In this document: piece by piece, positions 19,849 to 29,155 of the stretch | How the letters are laid out: each line of letters opens with the position of its first letter | Position numbering within the stretch: the first letter of the stretch is position 1 | Source: Candidatus Bathyarchaeia archaeon | GTDB taxonomy: Archaea > Thermoproteota > Bathyarchaeia > Bathyarchaeales > Bathycorpusculaceae | DNA length: 55,759 nt | NCBI GenBank assembly: GCA_050015395.1 | Contig: JBEKBM010000020.1 | Span: 1-55,759, forward strand | Direction of reading: 5' to 3' | Position numbers and translations under genes: made by a program | The notes under the pieces: model-generated | Seen by the model: only the letters and a program-made list of their open reading frames with translations | What the model was told of the DNA's origin: nothing | Database searches by the model: none

Positions 19849-21129
19849 TCAGGAGAATGAAATTGAGGGGTCTATTTGCCTTTGAAGGATATCTATAACT
19901 TTTGCCACAGTAGATTCATTGGGGTAATTTTCAGCAGGAGCAATCCTCAAATCATCACTTGTAGCTGACAAATAAATAGAAGATCCATTTTCAACATCAA
20001 TCACATGGCTGAGGAAGTAGGGATTTCCTGAAAGCAATGTAAAATTAACAAGTTTTTGATCTTTGTTGTCAACACCAAAGAGTTCTACTATCTCTTTGAA
20101 CCATTTTTTGGCATTTTCGGGTTTTCTGTATACTAGCGTTTGAATAACTCCAGGGCTACTCACACAGACCACCTTTCCAAACATTTTTGTTTCTTCCTCA
20201 GTTGTCCTATGTTCCCTCCTTAAGACATCAAGAATTTTTCTTGCTTCAGTAACCATTGGTTTTAGTAATGAAGCGAAAACTGTAAAATCTCCTTTTTCAA
20301 ACATAACTTTTGCACGGTCAGTAACAGAAATCGTGAATGAAATTTTCTTCTCCTCGGAAGAAATACGATATCGCATTGTTGAGTATTTGGTAATATCTCC
20401 TGTCTTCTCGTAGTTTTCTTTATTTGATTCACGCAGTTCTGCCAGCGGTATGTATTTTCTCCGGGGCATTGGATAAGAGCGGATTTTTCGCGGTCGGTTT
20501 TTTCCCTCAATTGTCTCCGATGCTAAACTTGCAAAAACTTCTGCGTCTTCACTCAAGTATTTTTTAGCAAAATCATCAAGGCGTTCTAAGAAGTCCGAAC
20601 CTAGCCATGCAAGCCATAAACCTTTTGTAACTCCCACTAGAGAATAGAGTGATTTTCTTATTTCAGAATGTTTATCTAACGAGAAAGAAAGGATTGTGAC
20701 GTACTTCTCATCACGGATAACTTTCCACAAGAATGGGACCGTTTTTTCTGTTTGTTTATGTCGGAAGTTCACAACAAAAAGTCCTTCTTCTTCGCATCGC
20801 GTTAACTCCACAGTCCAGGGACGATTTTTTCTGAGCCCATAGATTTCTAATCGCCGAGGTATTTTGTCAAAAACTTGCGGATACGCAATTAGGATGTTAC
20901 AATAAACTCTCCCGCCGTTGTTGACAGACCTGCTAGCCTCTTCTAAGAAAACGTCTAATGTATACTTACTCCATTTACCCGCCTGGATCATTGCAGAAGT
21001 TCCACAATCTGTGTAACTCTGCACAACAATATCTAATTTGTGGTTTTTTAGCAAATCTCTTAGCTTTAGGCGCCAACAATAGTTTTTCTTGTCTTGGAGG
21101 TAACTCTTTTCAGAGAATTTTTCTTTCAC
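19849..21129 (-). CDS. Hypothetical protein (no family recognised)
   Basis: 426-aa open frame ending 11 bp before the PD-(D/E)XK gene; start uncertain. Confidence 0.7.
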   Translation of the reverse strand: MKEKFSEKSYLQDKKNYCWRLKLRDLLKNHKLDIVVQSYTDCGTSAMIQAGKWSKYTLDVFLEEASRSVNNGGRVYCNILIAYPQVFDKIPRRLEIYGLRKNRPWTVELTRCEEEGLFVVNFRHKQTEKTVPFLWKVIRDEKYVTILSFSLDKHSEIRKSLYSLVGVTKGLWLAWLGSDFLERLDDFAKKYLSEDAEVFASLASETIEGKNRPRKIRSYPMPRRKYIPLAELRESNKENYEKTGDITKYSTMRYRISSEEKKISFTISVTDRAKVMFEKGDFTVFASLLKPMVTEARKILDVLRREHRTTEEETKMFGKVVCVSSPGVIQTLVYRKPENAKKWFKEIVELFGVDNKDQKLVNFTLLSGNPYFLSHVIDVENGSSIYLSATSDDLRIAPAENYPNESTVAKVIDILQRQIDPSISFS

Positions 21130-21134
21130 CTTAT

Positions 21135-21275
21135 TTAGTTTTCATTGTTCGCGAAATTGGAGAACAGCGCTTCAAAGTGCAGTTCACCCCATTCGCTTCG
21201 TGACCTTTTCTGCCGAGTGGCTTCTTGTCCTATTTTTTGCAGGATGCGGTTTGAGAGGGTTAAATCTTTGAGCAT
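21135..21275 (-). CDS. Small ribbon-helix-helix (CopG-like) protein, not in the ORF track
   Basis: MLKDLTLSNRILQKIGQEATRQKRSRSEWGELHFEALFSNFANNEN* has a beta strand, a helix and an RSRSE helix start. It ends 5 bp before the 426-aa ORF. Confidence 0.5.
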   Translation of the reverse strand: MLKDLTLSNRILQKIGQEATRQKRSRSEWGELHFEALFSNFANNEN

Positions 21276-21480
21276 GATGCTTCAAATCATGAGCACTTTT
21301 GCCTCTGCCAAATGTTGTTAGATAGCTTAGGTCGGCTTGTAGCATGCTAGCGCGCGTACCCCAACACCACGTTGGCTTCCTAGTAGCAGAGGCTGCAAGC
21401 GGATCCTTTAAACCCAAGCTACAATACTAATACGCAAACAACCCCAAAAACCCTCCTCGCTGAATACCCATAACCATAGA

Positions 21481-21630
21481 ATTCTAGTAATTTTAGTAAT
21501 TTCAGTAAATTAGTAATTTCAGTAAATTAATTTAAATTAATGATTTCTAGGATATTTTTACTTTTTTTACTAAAATTCATAATTACTTATTAAATTATTT
21601 ATTTAATTATAGGTATGGTTATTAATAATA
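21481..21630. repeat. Very AT-rich divergent intergenic region with five AGTAA direct repeats, three inverted TTACT copies and an exact 17-bp tandem duplication
   Basis: AGTAA at 21486, 21495, 21504, 21512 and 21521. TTACT at 21558, 21567 and 21583. TAGTAATTTCAGTAAAT at 21494-21510 and 21511-21527. Confidence 0.85.
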
Positions 21631-21646
21631 GGAATGCTGAACATTT

Positions 21647-22675
21647 ATGACGATCGAAAGCGCAAAATGTCCCTGCGAATTAAACTGCAAACAAAGGAGA
21701 GCTACTGCAGTGAATCTAATTTTGGAAAAGGGAACCTGCACAGCCCGGGAACTACGCGATTTCCTCGATGGCAAACTCGGGGTACACGCGTTTAGAGGAA
21801 GCATGGAATATTTATGCACAGGACAATGCAAATTGGTTGGAGTGTATAGCCTATCTACCGATCAAAAACCACCCCAATTTTGGAAGAGTGGAAGACTATT
21901 TTACCGAAGAACAATTGCGACGGAAAATCTGCAGGACGTTATAGTAGGTCTTCTAGCGCCGCTTCAAAAGAGAATATTGGGTAAGTTTACTTTGCTGAAC
22001 AGACGCATTTATTATTTTACGACATACGATTTGCGTCGAATAATTCCTTCTTCTGGAAACGATGTTGAATATGCAGTCAAAAGGCTAACCAAGCTAGGCT
22101 TGTTGAGTAAAGTGACTTTGAAAGGCATAGATTTTTATGTTGAGCCATCGAATGTCCCGCGACTATTGATTCAAGAACGGCAAGCAATAATTGCCGACAA
22201 AACAGAATACGCAGTGATAAAGATAGTTCACGAATTAATAATGAATCTGTACCCTGCAAAAATTATAACGGGTTATGGTGATAGAATCCGACCGCACACT
22301 CAAGACATTCTAACTGTTACTGGTGGAATGGCCTTTGATATTTTTTATCAGTTCTTCGATCCAATCGCCGGACGAAATTACCTAGCCATTGATGTTTACA
22401 CAAGAATTCCTGTCACGGGTTACATGGTTCACTCTTTTACTAAGAAAATTGAATGGGCAAAAACCGTAACGCGGAAAAGTACAACGAACTATCTCAAGGA
22501 TAAGACGTTTGGGATAATAGTTTATAGAAACGCCACGAGAAACGCTATTTTGATAGCGAATAGGTTAGGTATTAAATTTCTGCGGTTACGAGACATTAAA
22601 GTTGACTATGGAACTCTTTCCACTGAAATTGAAAAACAAATATCTATTTTAGACACAGCAAAATCTGTTTTTTAG
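21647..22675 (+). CDS. Hypothetical protein: probable winged-helix region(s) plus a degenerate restriction-endonuclease-like C-terminal domain
   Basis: FTTYDLRRII...VEYAVKRLTKLGLLSK is wHTH-like. AFDIFY...LAIDVY...GIIVY.NATRNAILIANRLGIKFL resembles an Mrr-type fold with non-canonical catalytic residues. Confidence 0.5.
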   Translation: MTIESAKCPCELNCKQRRATAVNLILEKGTCTARELRDFLDGKLGVHAFRGSMEYLCTGQCKLVGVYSLSTDQKPPQFWKSGRLFYRRTIATENLQDVIVGLLAPLQKRILGKFTLLNRRIYYFTTYDLRRIIPSSGNDVEYAVKRLTKLGLLSKVTLKGIDFYVEPSNVPRLLIQERQAIIADKTEYAVIKIVHELIMNLYPAKIITGYGDRIRPHTQDILTVTGGMAFDIFYQFFDPIAGRNYLAIDVYTRIPVTGYMVHSFTKKIEWAKTVTRKSTTNYLKDKTFGIIVYRNATRNAILIANRLGIKFLRLRDIKVDYGTLSTEIEKQISILDTAKSVF

Positions 22676-22795
22676 ATTTTCCAATTGGCTCTCATTATTC
22701 TCCAAAAAATCTTAAGGCTTACACTCCGTTTTTTACTTTTCATTCTTTTACTCTGGTGAAGGTCTATCAAAAATCAGGTAGGATAGAGTAGGCGA

Positions 22796-22950
22796 TACAT
22801 CAACCTGGAAAAGGCTTTGTTCCAAAATGCCGACGACGAGTTCCACGTGAAAGGGCTCAAAACTTAGATGAATCTTGCAAACTGCTCGAAGTAGGCTTTG
22901 AATACGTTGCAGAAATTGACGGCGCCCAAGTCTTCAGGAAGCGAAAGTAG
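22796..22950 (+). pseudogene. Frameshifted C-terminal remnant of a tyrosine recombinase/integrase
   Basis: YINLEKALFQNADDEFHVK / AQNLDESCKLLEVGFEYVAEIDGAQVFRKRK*. This matches the GFEYV...FRKRK tail I recall from Bathyarchaeia integrases, beginning near the putative catalytic Tyr. Confidence 0.65.
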
Positions 22951-22966
22951 TCTTATATGCTCCCAG

Positions 22967-23245
22967 TTAATCTTTTATTGCTTCAATAAAACTCATAACG
23001 TTCCAAAGTTTTACCCGCGTGTAGGGCGGCATGTTTGGGTCTTGCAAAATTTCATCCAGAAGCGACACGGCGTTTGAAGCTCTCACTGCAGGCGTATATT
23101 CAGAGCTTTGCAAGGAATTCACAGCGTCTTTTGCGGAACGCCTGATGTTTCTTGGCGTTGTGCTGTCCTCAGAGACCTCTCCAAGCACTACTAACGCTTG
23201 CTTAATCTTAGCTTCGTATTCTTCAGCTTTTTTCTTTCGAACCAT
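22967..23245 (-). CDS. UPF0147 family protein
   Basis: EDSTTPRNIRRSA...AVRASNAVSLLDEILQDPNMP.YTR..LWN. Confidence 0.9.
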   Translation of the reverse strand: MVRKKKAEEYEAKIKQALVVLGEVSEDSTTPRNIRRSAKDAVNSLQSSEYTPAVRASNAVSLLDEILQDPNMPPYTRVKLWNVMSFIEAIKD

Positions 23246-23323
23246 AAATCGGCACTACCTACTGCACGTCACGCAGTAACTGCTTATATAAGCAATTGAT
23301 ACGTATTTACTTTGGGGTTCTAA

Positions 23324-23686
23324 TTGCAAGAAAAAGAAAACACACCTATTAAACGCATGGCTGACTTGCTAAGGCAAGGCGACACTTTAACCGACCTGTC
23401 ATGCCCAGTCTGCGCTTCCCCACTCTTCAGACTAAAAGATGGCACGTTGTGGTGCGCAAATGATGAAAAAAAAGTAGTAATAGTTAAAGAAGGCGAAGAA
23501 CCACCAAAGCAAGCCGCAGCCAGTACAGCCTACGATAAACTCGAAGCAACACTCTTAGCGAAGATGCAAGAATTACAAGGCAAAATCGAAAAAACCGAAG
23601 ACTTAGAAGAACTACAAAAACTCAGCGTTGCACTATCTGAATTACTAAACAGTCTGGAAAAAATTAAGAATATGAAGAAAGCCTGA
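23324..23686 (+). CDS. UPF0148 / Sjogren autoantigen p27-like zinc-ribbon protein
   Basis: MADLLRQG.TL...SCPVCASPLF.....LWC, followed by a coiled coil. Confidence 0.8.
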   Translation: MQEKENTPIKRMADLLRQGDTLTDLSCPVCASPLFRLKDGTLWCANDEKKVVIVKEGEEPPKQAAASTAYDKLEATLLAKMQELQGKIEKTEDLEELQKLSVALSELLNSLEKIKNMKKA

Positions 23687-23697
23687 GCAGGACTATC

Positions 23698-24210
23698 TTG
23701 ACACTGGGTTTTTATGAAAATTTCCCCTTAAACATTCACATGGTTGAGAGCTTTAATTCAACTCTCTCAAGCAAACAACTTCAGCAAAGGCTAATCCAAG
23801 TTCTTTATGAAATAAACAGAAAGGAATTCAGTTTTGAAGAAGCCGCTAACCCAACTATACCTGAATGTAAATTAATTTTCGAGTTCGGTTTGGCGGACGC
23901 TGAAGGCTTCAACTACATTGATGAGGAAGAAGTAAAAAAAGTACGAAACCTTCTGGAAAAAGAGCATTTACGTACAATGGATTTCTTCTGTGCCATACGT
24001 TACTATAAGGGAGAAAAAAAGAGCGCGCTAAAATTTGATTATTACCTTCTCCGAACTGTATACAACAGAGACATTTTGGAAATTCAAGTTTTCCATAAAA
24101 AAGGGCCAAGATACATATCGCCAGAAGATTTAACACTGTTTATTTTTAACAAAACAAATGAAGCCTCAAACAGGAAAATTTTGAAAAAACAAACCTCTAG
24201 CATAATGTAA
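23698..24210 (+). CDS. Conserved hypothetical protein
   Basis: 170-aa ORF directly after the preceding gene; no family recognised. Confidence 0.7.
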   Translation: MTLGFYENFPLNIHMVESFNSTLSSKQLQQRLIQVLYEINRKEFSFEEAANPTIPECKLIFEFGLADAEGFNYIDEEEVKKVRNLLEKEHLRTMDFFCAIRYYKGEKKSALKFDYYLLRTVYNRDILEIQVFHKKGPRYISPEDLTLFIFNKTNEASNRKILKKQTSSIM

Positions 24211-24340
24211 AGACTAATGAGGGAGAGACTAATTCTATATCCGAAAGTTATATTTCTAACAACATTAATTCCGTAAAAGCGAAAGCCAACAAAAAAAGGC
24301 AGATTCACACAAGAACCAAGAAAACAGGAGCAAAATTTAG

Positions 24341-25315
24341 TTGATTCCAATAGAAGTTTCTAGTCTCAAGAAATGCTATGGAGATTTAAAAGCCGTAGAT
24401 GACATCTCATTCACAGTTAACAAAGGTGAAGTTTTCGGTCTTTTAGGTCCAAACGGCGCAGGCAAAACCACCACCATAGAAATTTTAGAAGGTTTGAGAG
24501 CAAAGGACGGTGGCGACGTGAAGGTTCTTGGTCTTGACCCATGGAAAAACGGTTATGAACTTCACAAGAAAATCGGCGTCATACCTCAAGAGTTTACTTT
24601 TTTTGAAAAAACAACCCCAAGAGAAGCCATAATATACTATGCCGACCTCTTCAACATTAAAGTTGATCCCGATGAAATTTTAAAAGAGGTTTTGCTTGAG
24701 GAATCAGCTAAAGTCAATTTTGACAATCTCTCTGGCGGACAGAAACAGAAAACAGGACTTGCTCTCTCACTTGTGAACACTCCTGAAATGCTCTTTCTTG
24801 ACGAGCCCACCACTGGATTGGATCCGAACGCTCGAAGAGCAATATGGGACGTCATACGTGGATTGAAAGCTAAAGGTAAAACAATCATTTTAACGACTCA
24901 TTACTTAGATGAGGCACAGCAATTAGCGGACAGAGTAGCCATCATGGACCATGGACACATTGTTGCTATGGGAACCTCAGATGAAATCATTGCGCAGCAC
25001 GGTTCAGGAGAAAGACTTGAAATTCACGGAACCGAACAATTAGCTCATTATATCAAAGCAAACACTGAACTACAAGTTGAGTACGATAGGCATAGAAGCG
25101 TAATTAGTATACCGCTCAAACAGAAAATCGATGCACTAGCAGCTTTGGCAGCTGCTGAACAGTCAAAAATGGAATGGGGAGAAATTCAGACACGCCGGGA
25201 CAGCTTAGACGACGTGTTCATCAAGCTTGTAAGCGGAAGAGTAGATGAGCATGGCGAAATTACCATTGAGAACAAGGAAAGCAAAAGCAGAGCTAGTAAT
25301 CAACAGAGGCGCTAA
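24341..25315 (+). CDS. ABC transporter ATP-binding protein (DrrA/ABC-2 type)
   Basis: Walker A GPNGAGKTT, LSGGQ, Walker B FLDEPTTGLD and TTHY. Confidence 0.95.
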   Translation: MIPIEVSSLKKCYGDLKAVDDISFTVNKGEVFGLLGPNGAGKTTTIEILEGLRAKDGGDVKVLGLDPWKNGYELHKKIGVIPQEFTFFEKTTPREAIIYYADLFNIKVDPDEILKEVLLEESAKVNFDNLSGGQKQKTGLALSLVNTPEMLFLDEPTTGLDPNARRAIWDVIRGLKAKGKTIILTTHYLDEAQQLADRVAIMDHGHIVAMGTSDEIIAQHGSGERLEIHGTEQLAHYIKANTELQVEYDRHRSVISIPLKQKIDALAALAAAEQSKMEWGEIQTRRDSLDDVFIKLVSGRVDEHGEITIENKESKSRASNQQRR

Positions 25316-25318
25316 AAA

Positions 25319-26440
25319 ATGGTCAGTGGAAAAAGAATCTTTTCAGATTTCAAAGTATTTAGTCGTGGGTATCTAAGAAACAAGTTCGGATTATTCTTTG
25401 GATTAGTATTTCCAGTAATTCTAATTTTAATTTTTGGCGCAATTTATGCTGGTAACAACAACGGAGCAATCAATGTTTATGCTCAGAATCAGGACACCGG
25501 CCCGTTTGCGTCACCACAAATGAATATAGCCGCACAGTTTTTAAGCGCGCTTAACAGTTCGCGCACAATCAAAGTCATAACAGTGCCAAATTCAGAGAAC
25601 TTTTCAAAGTACCTTGCGGATCACTCAGTATCTGACGGTATTATTATTCCTGAAAACTTCTCCGCTAACTATTTGGCAGGCAATCGGGTAAACGTGATAG
25701 TCTATGGTAATCCAACATCAAGCACCAGTGGTATCGTAAGTGGGACAGTTGATGGAGTTATAAACTATTTTAATCTGAACTATTACAAACAAAACGCCAT
25801 ACCCATCATCGGTACAACCCAGACTACGGTGAACACTCAGCAAACCAAATACATTGACTTCCTCATCCCAGGCTTGATTGGTTTTTCAATACTTGTAAGC
25901 CCAATGTTCTCACTAGTCAACATTTCCTCAGAGTACAAGAAGACAAAACTGTTCAAGCAGCTTTCACTTACACCGCTCACAAAAATGGAGTGGCTAGCCT
26001 CTAAAGTGATGTGGTACATTGTCTTAGGGGCTTTCAGCTTTCTACTTATGGTTGGCGTAGGAATCTTTGCGTTTGGCGCTCACATAACGTTAACCGTTTG
26101 GCTTATACCCTTCCTAATTCTGGGTCCAATGCTGTTCGCTGCGTTAGGCATGCTGGTTGGAACCGTAACAAAGAACCCTGAAACTGCAGGCGTAATAGGT
26201 AACATAGTGACTTTTCCAATGATGTTCCTTTCTGGCACATTTTTCCCCATTAGCATCATGCCACAATACTTGCAGAGCCTCGCTCACGTGCTGCCACTAT
26301 TCTACATAATTCAGGGCTTAAACAACGTCATGGTTTACGCAAACTACACTGGAGCAATAATTGACCTAGCCGTCGTTGCAGTGATAACAGCTGTAATCTT
26401 CGTTTTGGCAGTTAAACTGTTCAAGTGGAGAGAAGACTAA
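25319..26440 (+). CDS. ABC-2 type transporter permease
   Basis: N-terminal TM, extracellular domain, YIDFLIPG and FPMMFLSGTFFP. Confidence 0.92.
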   Translation: MVSGKRIFSDFKVFSRGYLRNKFGLFFGLVFPVILILIFGAIYAGNNNGAINVYAQNQDTGPFASPQMNIAAQFLSALNSSRTIKVITVPNSENFSKYLADHSVSDGIIIPENFSANYLAGNRVNVIVYGNPTSSTSGIVSGTVDGVINYFNLNYYKQNAIPIIGTTQTTVNTQQTKYIDFLIPGLIGFSILVSPMFSLVNISSEYKKTKLFKQLSLTPLTKMEWLASKVMWYIVLGAFSFLLMVGVGIFAFGAHITLTVWLIPFLILGPMLFAALGMLVGTVTKNPETAGVIGNIVTFPMMFLSGTFFPISIMPQYLQSLAHVLPLFYIIQGLNNVMVYANYTGAIIDLAVVAVITAVIFVLAVKLFKWRED

Positions 26441-26466
26441 ACCCAACTTTTCATTTTTTTCAAGTG

Positions 26467-27075
26467 CTATTTACACGTTTTAAGTAAACCCAAAACTTTT
26501 GAATACAATGCATCTGCCACTACATCTTTTGGTTTGTCACCATCTATCCTGATAAGCTCACCCTTCTCAACAAACTTAAGATAGACTTCTCGAACTTTTT
26601 GCTGTATTTCTAAAGTTTCCATCACAGACTTCTTTCTCTGCAAACGCTCCAGCACCCGTTCTGGAGACAAATCGATAAAAATGGCGAAATCTGGCTTCAA
26701 AGCATAAGAGTTAATTTTTTTGATCCAAGCTAAGCTAAGACCCACGCTGCCTTGGTAGGCTAAAGACGAGTAAATATAACGATCACAGATTACCAGTTTC
26801 CCTTCGGCTAAAGCTGGTTTTATCACGTTTTCTACGTGCTCTATGCGGTCTGCGGCAAATAATAATGCTTCAGCGGCTGCTGGCAACCGTTTTTCTTCGT
26901 AAAGGCAGCATTCTCGGATGAAAGTGCCCGTTTTGCCATGGCTGGGTTCTGAAGTGTAAACTGCATTGTAGCTTTTGTAAAGCCTTTCGGTAAGTAGCTC
27001 TGCCTGTGTGGTTTTTCCGCTTCCGTCTAAGCCTTCGATGCAGATGAAAACGCCGTTCTTGCCCATGTTTTTCAA
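26467..27075 (-). CDS. tmk: Thymidylate kinase
   Basis: FICIEGLDGSGKTTQ, LLFAADR and VICDRYIYSSLAYQG. Confidence 0.95.
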   Translation of the reverse strand: MKNMGKNGVFICIEGLDGSGKTTQAELLTERLYKSYNAVYTSEPSHGKTGTFIRECCLYEEKRLPAAAEALLFAADRIEHVENVIKPALAEGKLVICDRYIYSSLAYQGSVGLSLAWIKKINSYALKPDFAIFIDLSPERVLERLQRKKSVMETLEIQQKVREVYLKFVEKGELIRIDGDKPKDVVADALYSKVLGLLKTCK

Positions 27076-27137
27076 CTCGGCTGGTTAGCGTTAGACATTA
27101 TAGGGAGATACATAAATATAGCTTACAACTGTGAGGC

Positions 27138-28424
27138 TTGCTTGTGCCTAAGGCTTACTGGGGAGAAATAAAGGATCCCGTACATGGGTACGTGTACATT
27201 ACCGAAGCAGAAAAAAACATTATTGATTCGTATCCAATGCAGCGGCTCAGGCGACTGCGGCAACTGGCAGGTTCAGAATACGTTTATCCAGGAGCCAACC
27301 ACACACGTTTCGAACACTCTGTCGGCGTCATGTACTTGGCAGGCAAAGTTTTGGAAAACCCTAACGTTTCACGCCTCGTAAGCGATGAAGAAGCGGACAT
27401 GTGCAGGATTTCAGCGCTGCTTCATGACGCTGGACATGGACCTTTCTCGCATGTTTTTGAGCAATTACTGATAAAATACTTGGAAAAAACGCATGAAGAC
27501 ATCACTTCATGGATTATCGAGAAGAGCGAAGTAAGCGATAAACTATCAAAGATGGGTTACAAGCCTAAAGAGGTAGCTGGACTCGCCGTTGGGAAACTGC
27601 ATAAACCTGGCAAAGCGTTTCTTGACCAGATAATAAGCAGCGCCGTGGACGTTGACAAACAGGACTTCATCGTCCGAGATACCTACCACACGGGCGCCGA
27701 GTACGGTTTCATCGATGTTTTCCGTCTTATACATGCGCTTGATGTTTTAGGCGAAAATCTAGCCGTAGAACTAGGCGCACTATCAGCGTTAGAAGCGTTC
27801 ATGATTGCTAGGATTGAATCGTTTAAGAGCATTTATTTTCACCGTGTCGGCAGAGCAGCGCAGATTATGCTGGCAACCGCCATGGAAAAAGCAAACGGCG
27901 AGTTAGGGTTGACAGCGTTCAAGACGCCTGAAGACTATTTGGCGCTGGATGACTACACCGTCTGGTCAGCCCTAAAAAAGTGCTCGGCATCCAAAGGAAT
28001 AATTGGCAACTTAGAAAGACGCATAATGCTAAAATGCGCTTATGAGCGGACATTCTACGAGAAGGACACAATGATCTCCAATATTTTCGGTCGCGAATCA
28101 TACAGGCGCCAAATGCAAAGTGAAATCGCCAAAGAAGCAGGCGTCAGCATTGAATCAGTAATAATTGACGTGCCCACGGTGCCATCCGTACCTTACCATC
28201 ACGCGGTACTTATGGAGTCTATGGAGATTCCTGTTTTCATAAGAAACCAAGCGGGTGACAAAACTCCGCAGCGGCTAAGTGAGATTTCAAAGATTTTTGA
28301 AACACTCAAAGGCTTCATGAATATACTACGAGTATACACCGATGCAGCCGAACGGGAGAAAGTAGAGAGGGCAACAGCGAAAATTTTGGGAAAAATTCCG
28401 TCTGCAGCAAAAATCTCTTTTTAA
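27138..28424 (+). CDS. HD-domain phosphohydrolase (SAMHD1/dNTP triphosphohydrolase-like archaeal family)
   Basis: IKDPVHG, QRLRRLRQL, YPGANHTRFEHS, ALLHDAGHGPFSH and DVDKQDFIVRD. Confidence 0.9.
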   Translation: MLVPKAYWGEIKDPVHGYVYITEAEKNIIDSYPMQRLRRLRQLAGSEYVYPGANHTRFEHSVGVMYLAGKVLENPNVSRLVSDEEADMCRISALLHDAGHGPFSHVFEQLLIKYLEKTHEDITSWIIEKSEVSDKLSKMGYKPKEVAGLAVGKLHKPGKAFLDQIISSAVDVDKQDFIVRDTYHTGAEYGFIDVFRLIHALDVLGENLAVELGALSALEAFMIARIESFKSIYFHRVGRAAQIMLATAMEKANGELGLTAFKTPEDYLALDDYTVWSALKKCSASKGIIGNLERRIMLKCAYERTFYEKDTMISNIFGRESYRRQMQSEIAKEAGVSIESVIIDVPTVPSVPYHHAVLMESMEIPVFIRNQAGDKTPQRLSEISKIFETLKGFMNILRVYTDAAEREKVERATAKILGKIPSAAKISF

Positions 28425-28493
28425 CGCTTTCTTAAATACTAGTCACGCTTAAGAAGAAAAGTAGAAGAACTCGAAGGCTGGGAAGGGAATATC

Positions 28494-29006
28494 ATGGAAA
28501 ACAACTCAGACAAAAAAGTCATAAACGTAAGAATCAAAAAGAAAACTGAACCAAAAACAGAGCCCGCGTTACTTTTCAGCCAAAAAGAGATCCGAAAATT
28601 CGTCACTGAATTCGTTTCTTCATGGATTAGAGGAGACATCATAATCCGCTTTCCAACCGCAGCGGAACTAGCGAAGAAGACGCCGTTTAGCATTGCGTTT
28701 CCAACTGACCCCTCCGTTAACGCGGAATTAAAAATTAAAGAACACTATGTGGACCAGTTATCCATTATTGCTGGAACAAAACCCGCATCTGTTGGCGAGC
28801 AAGAAAAAGCAATTTCAGAGGTTTTCAAAATGCTGCTTATGTTCCGCTCAGCAAACAGAATCGAAGGCAAAATCATTTCAAATGACATAGAAAAAAGAAT
28901 AGAGGAACTCGAGAAAACGGCCAAGAACCAGGGCAAGCTTGTTGAGCAAATAACTGGATTTTTGTTTAAGCCAAAAAACCAAAACAATAAAGCGCAAGCT
29001 AGCTAA
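28494..29006 (+). CDS. Hypothetical protein with C-terminal coiled coil
   Basis: 170-aa ORF; IEKRIEELEK coiled coil. Confidence 0.6.
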   Translation: MENNSDKKVINVRIKKKTEPKTEPALLFSQKEIRKFVTEFVSSWIRGDIIIRFPTAAELAKKTPFSIAFPTDPSVNAELKIKEHYVDQLSIIAGTKPASVGEQEKAISEVFKMLLMFRSANRIEGKIISNDIEKRIEELEKTAKNQGKLVEQITGFLFKPKNQNNKAQAS

Positions 29007-29076
29007 AAGCCCGATTCTTGAAGGGTAAGGTTTATTCGAGTGAAAAAGCATTCTGCTTGATGTTTTTAAGCAAAGG

Positions 29077-29154
29077 GCTCCGGTAGTATAGTCTGGTCAA
29101 GTATTCCGGCCTTTCGAGCCGGTGACCCGGGTCCAAATCCCGGCCGGAGCACCA
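29077..29154 (+). tRNA. tRNA-Glu (TTC), encoded CCA, no intron
   Basis: GCTCCGG...CCGGC-CT-TTC-GA-GCCGG...CCGGG-TCCAAAT-CCCGG-CCGGAGC-A-CCA. Confidence 0.93.
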
Positions 29155-29155
29155 A

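Noticed and set aside
21184-21417. 77-aa tracked ORF
   Set aside because: It overlaps the better-supported RHH-like frame (21135-21275) and has no recognisable features.
21481-21630. Chromosomal replication origin
   Set aside because: No recognisable ORB boxes and no cdc6/orc1 gene nearby.
27138-28424. HD protein as an antiviral dNTPase
   Set aside because: It sits divergent from tmk in a housekeeping context and belongs to a widespread archaeal family; nothing in the sequence indicates defence.
9704-29154. tRNA-derived att repeats bounding an integrated element
   Set aside because: I saw no second copy of either tRNA 3' end in the window (by eye only; a self-alignment would be decisive).
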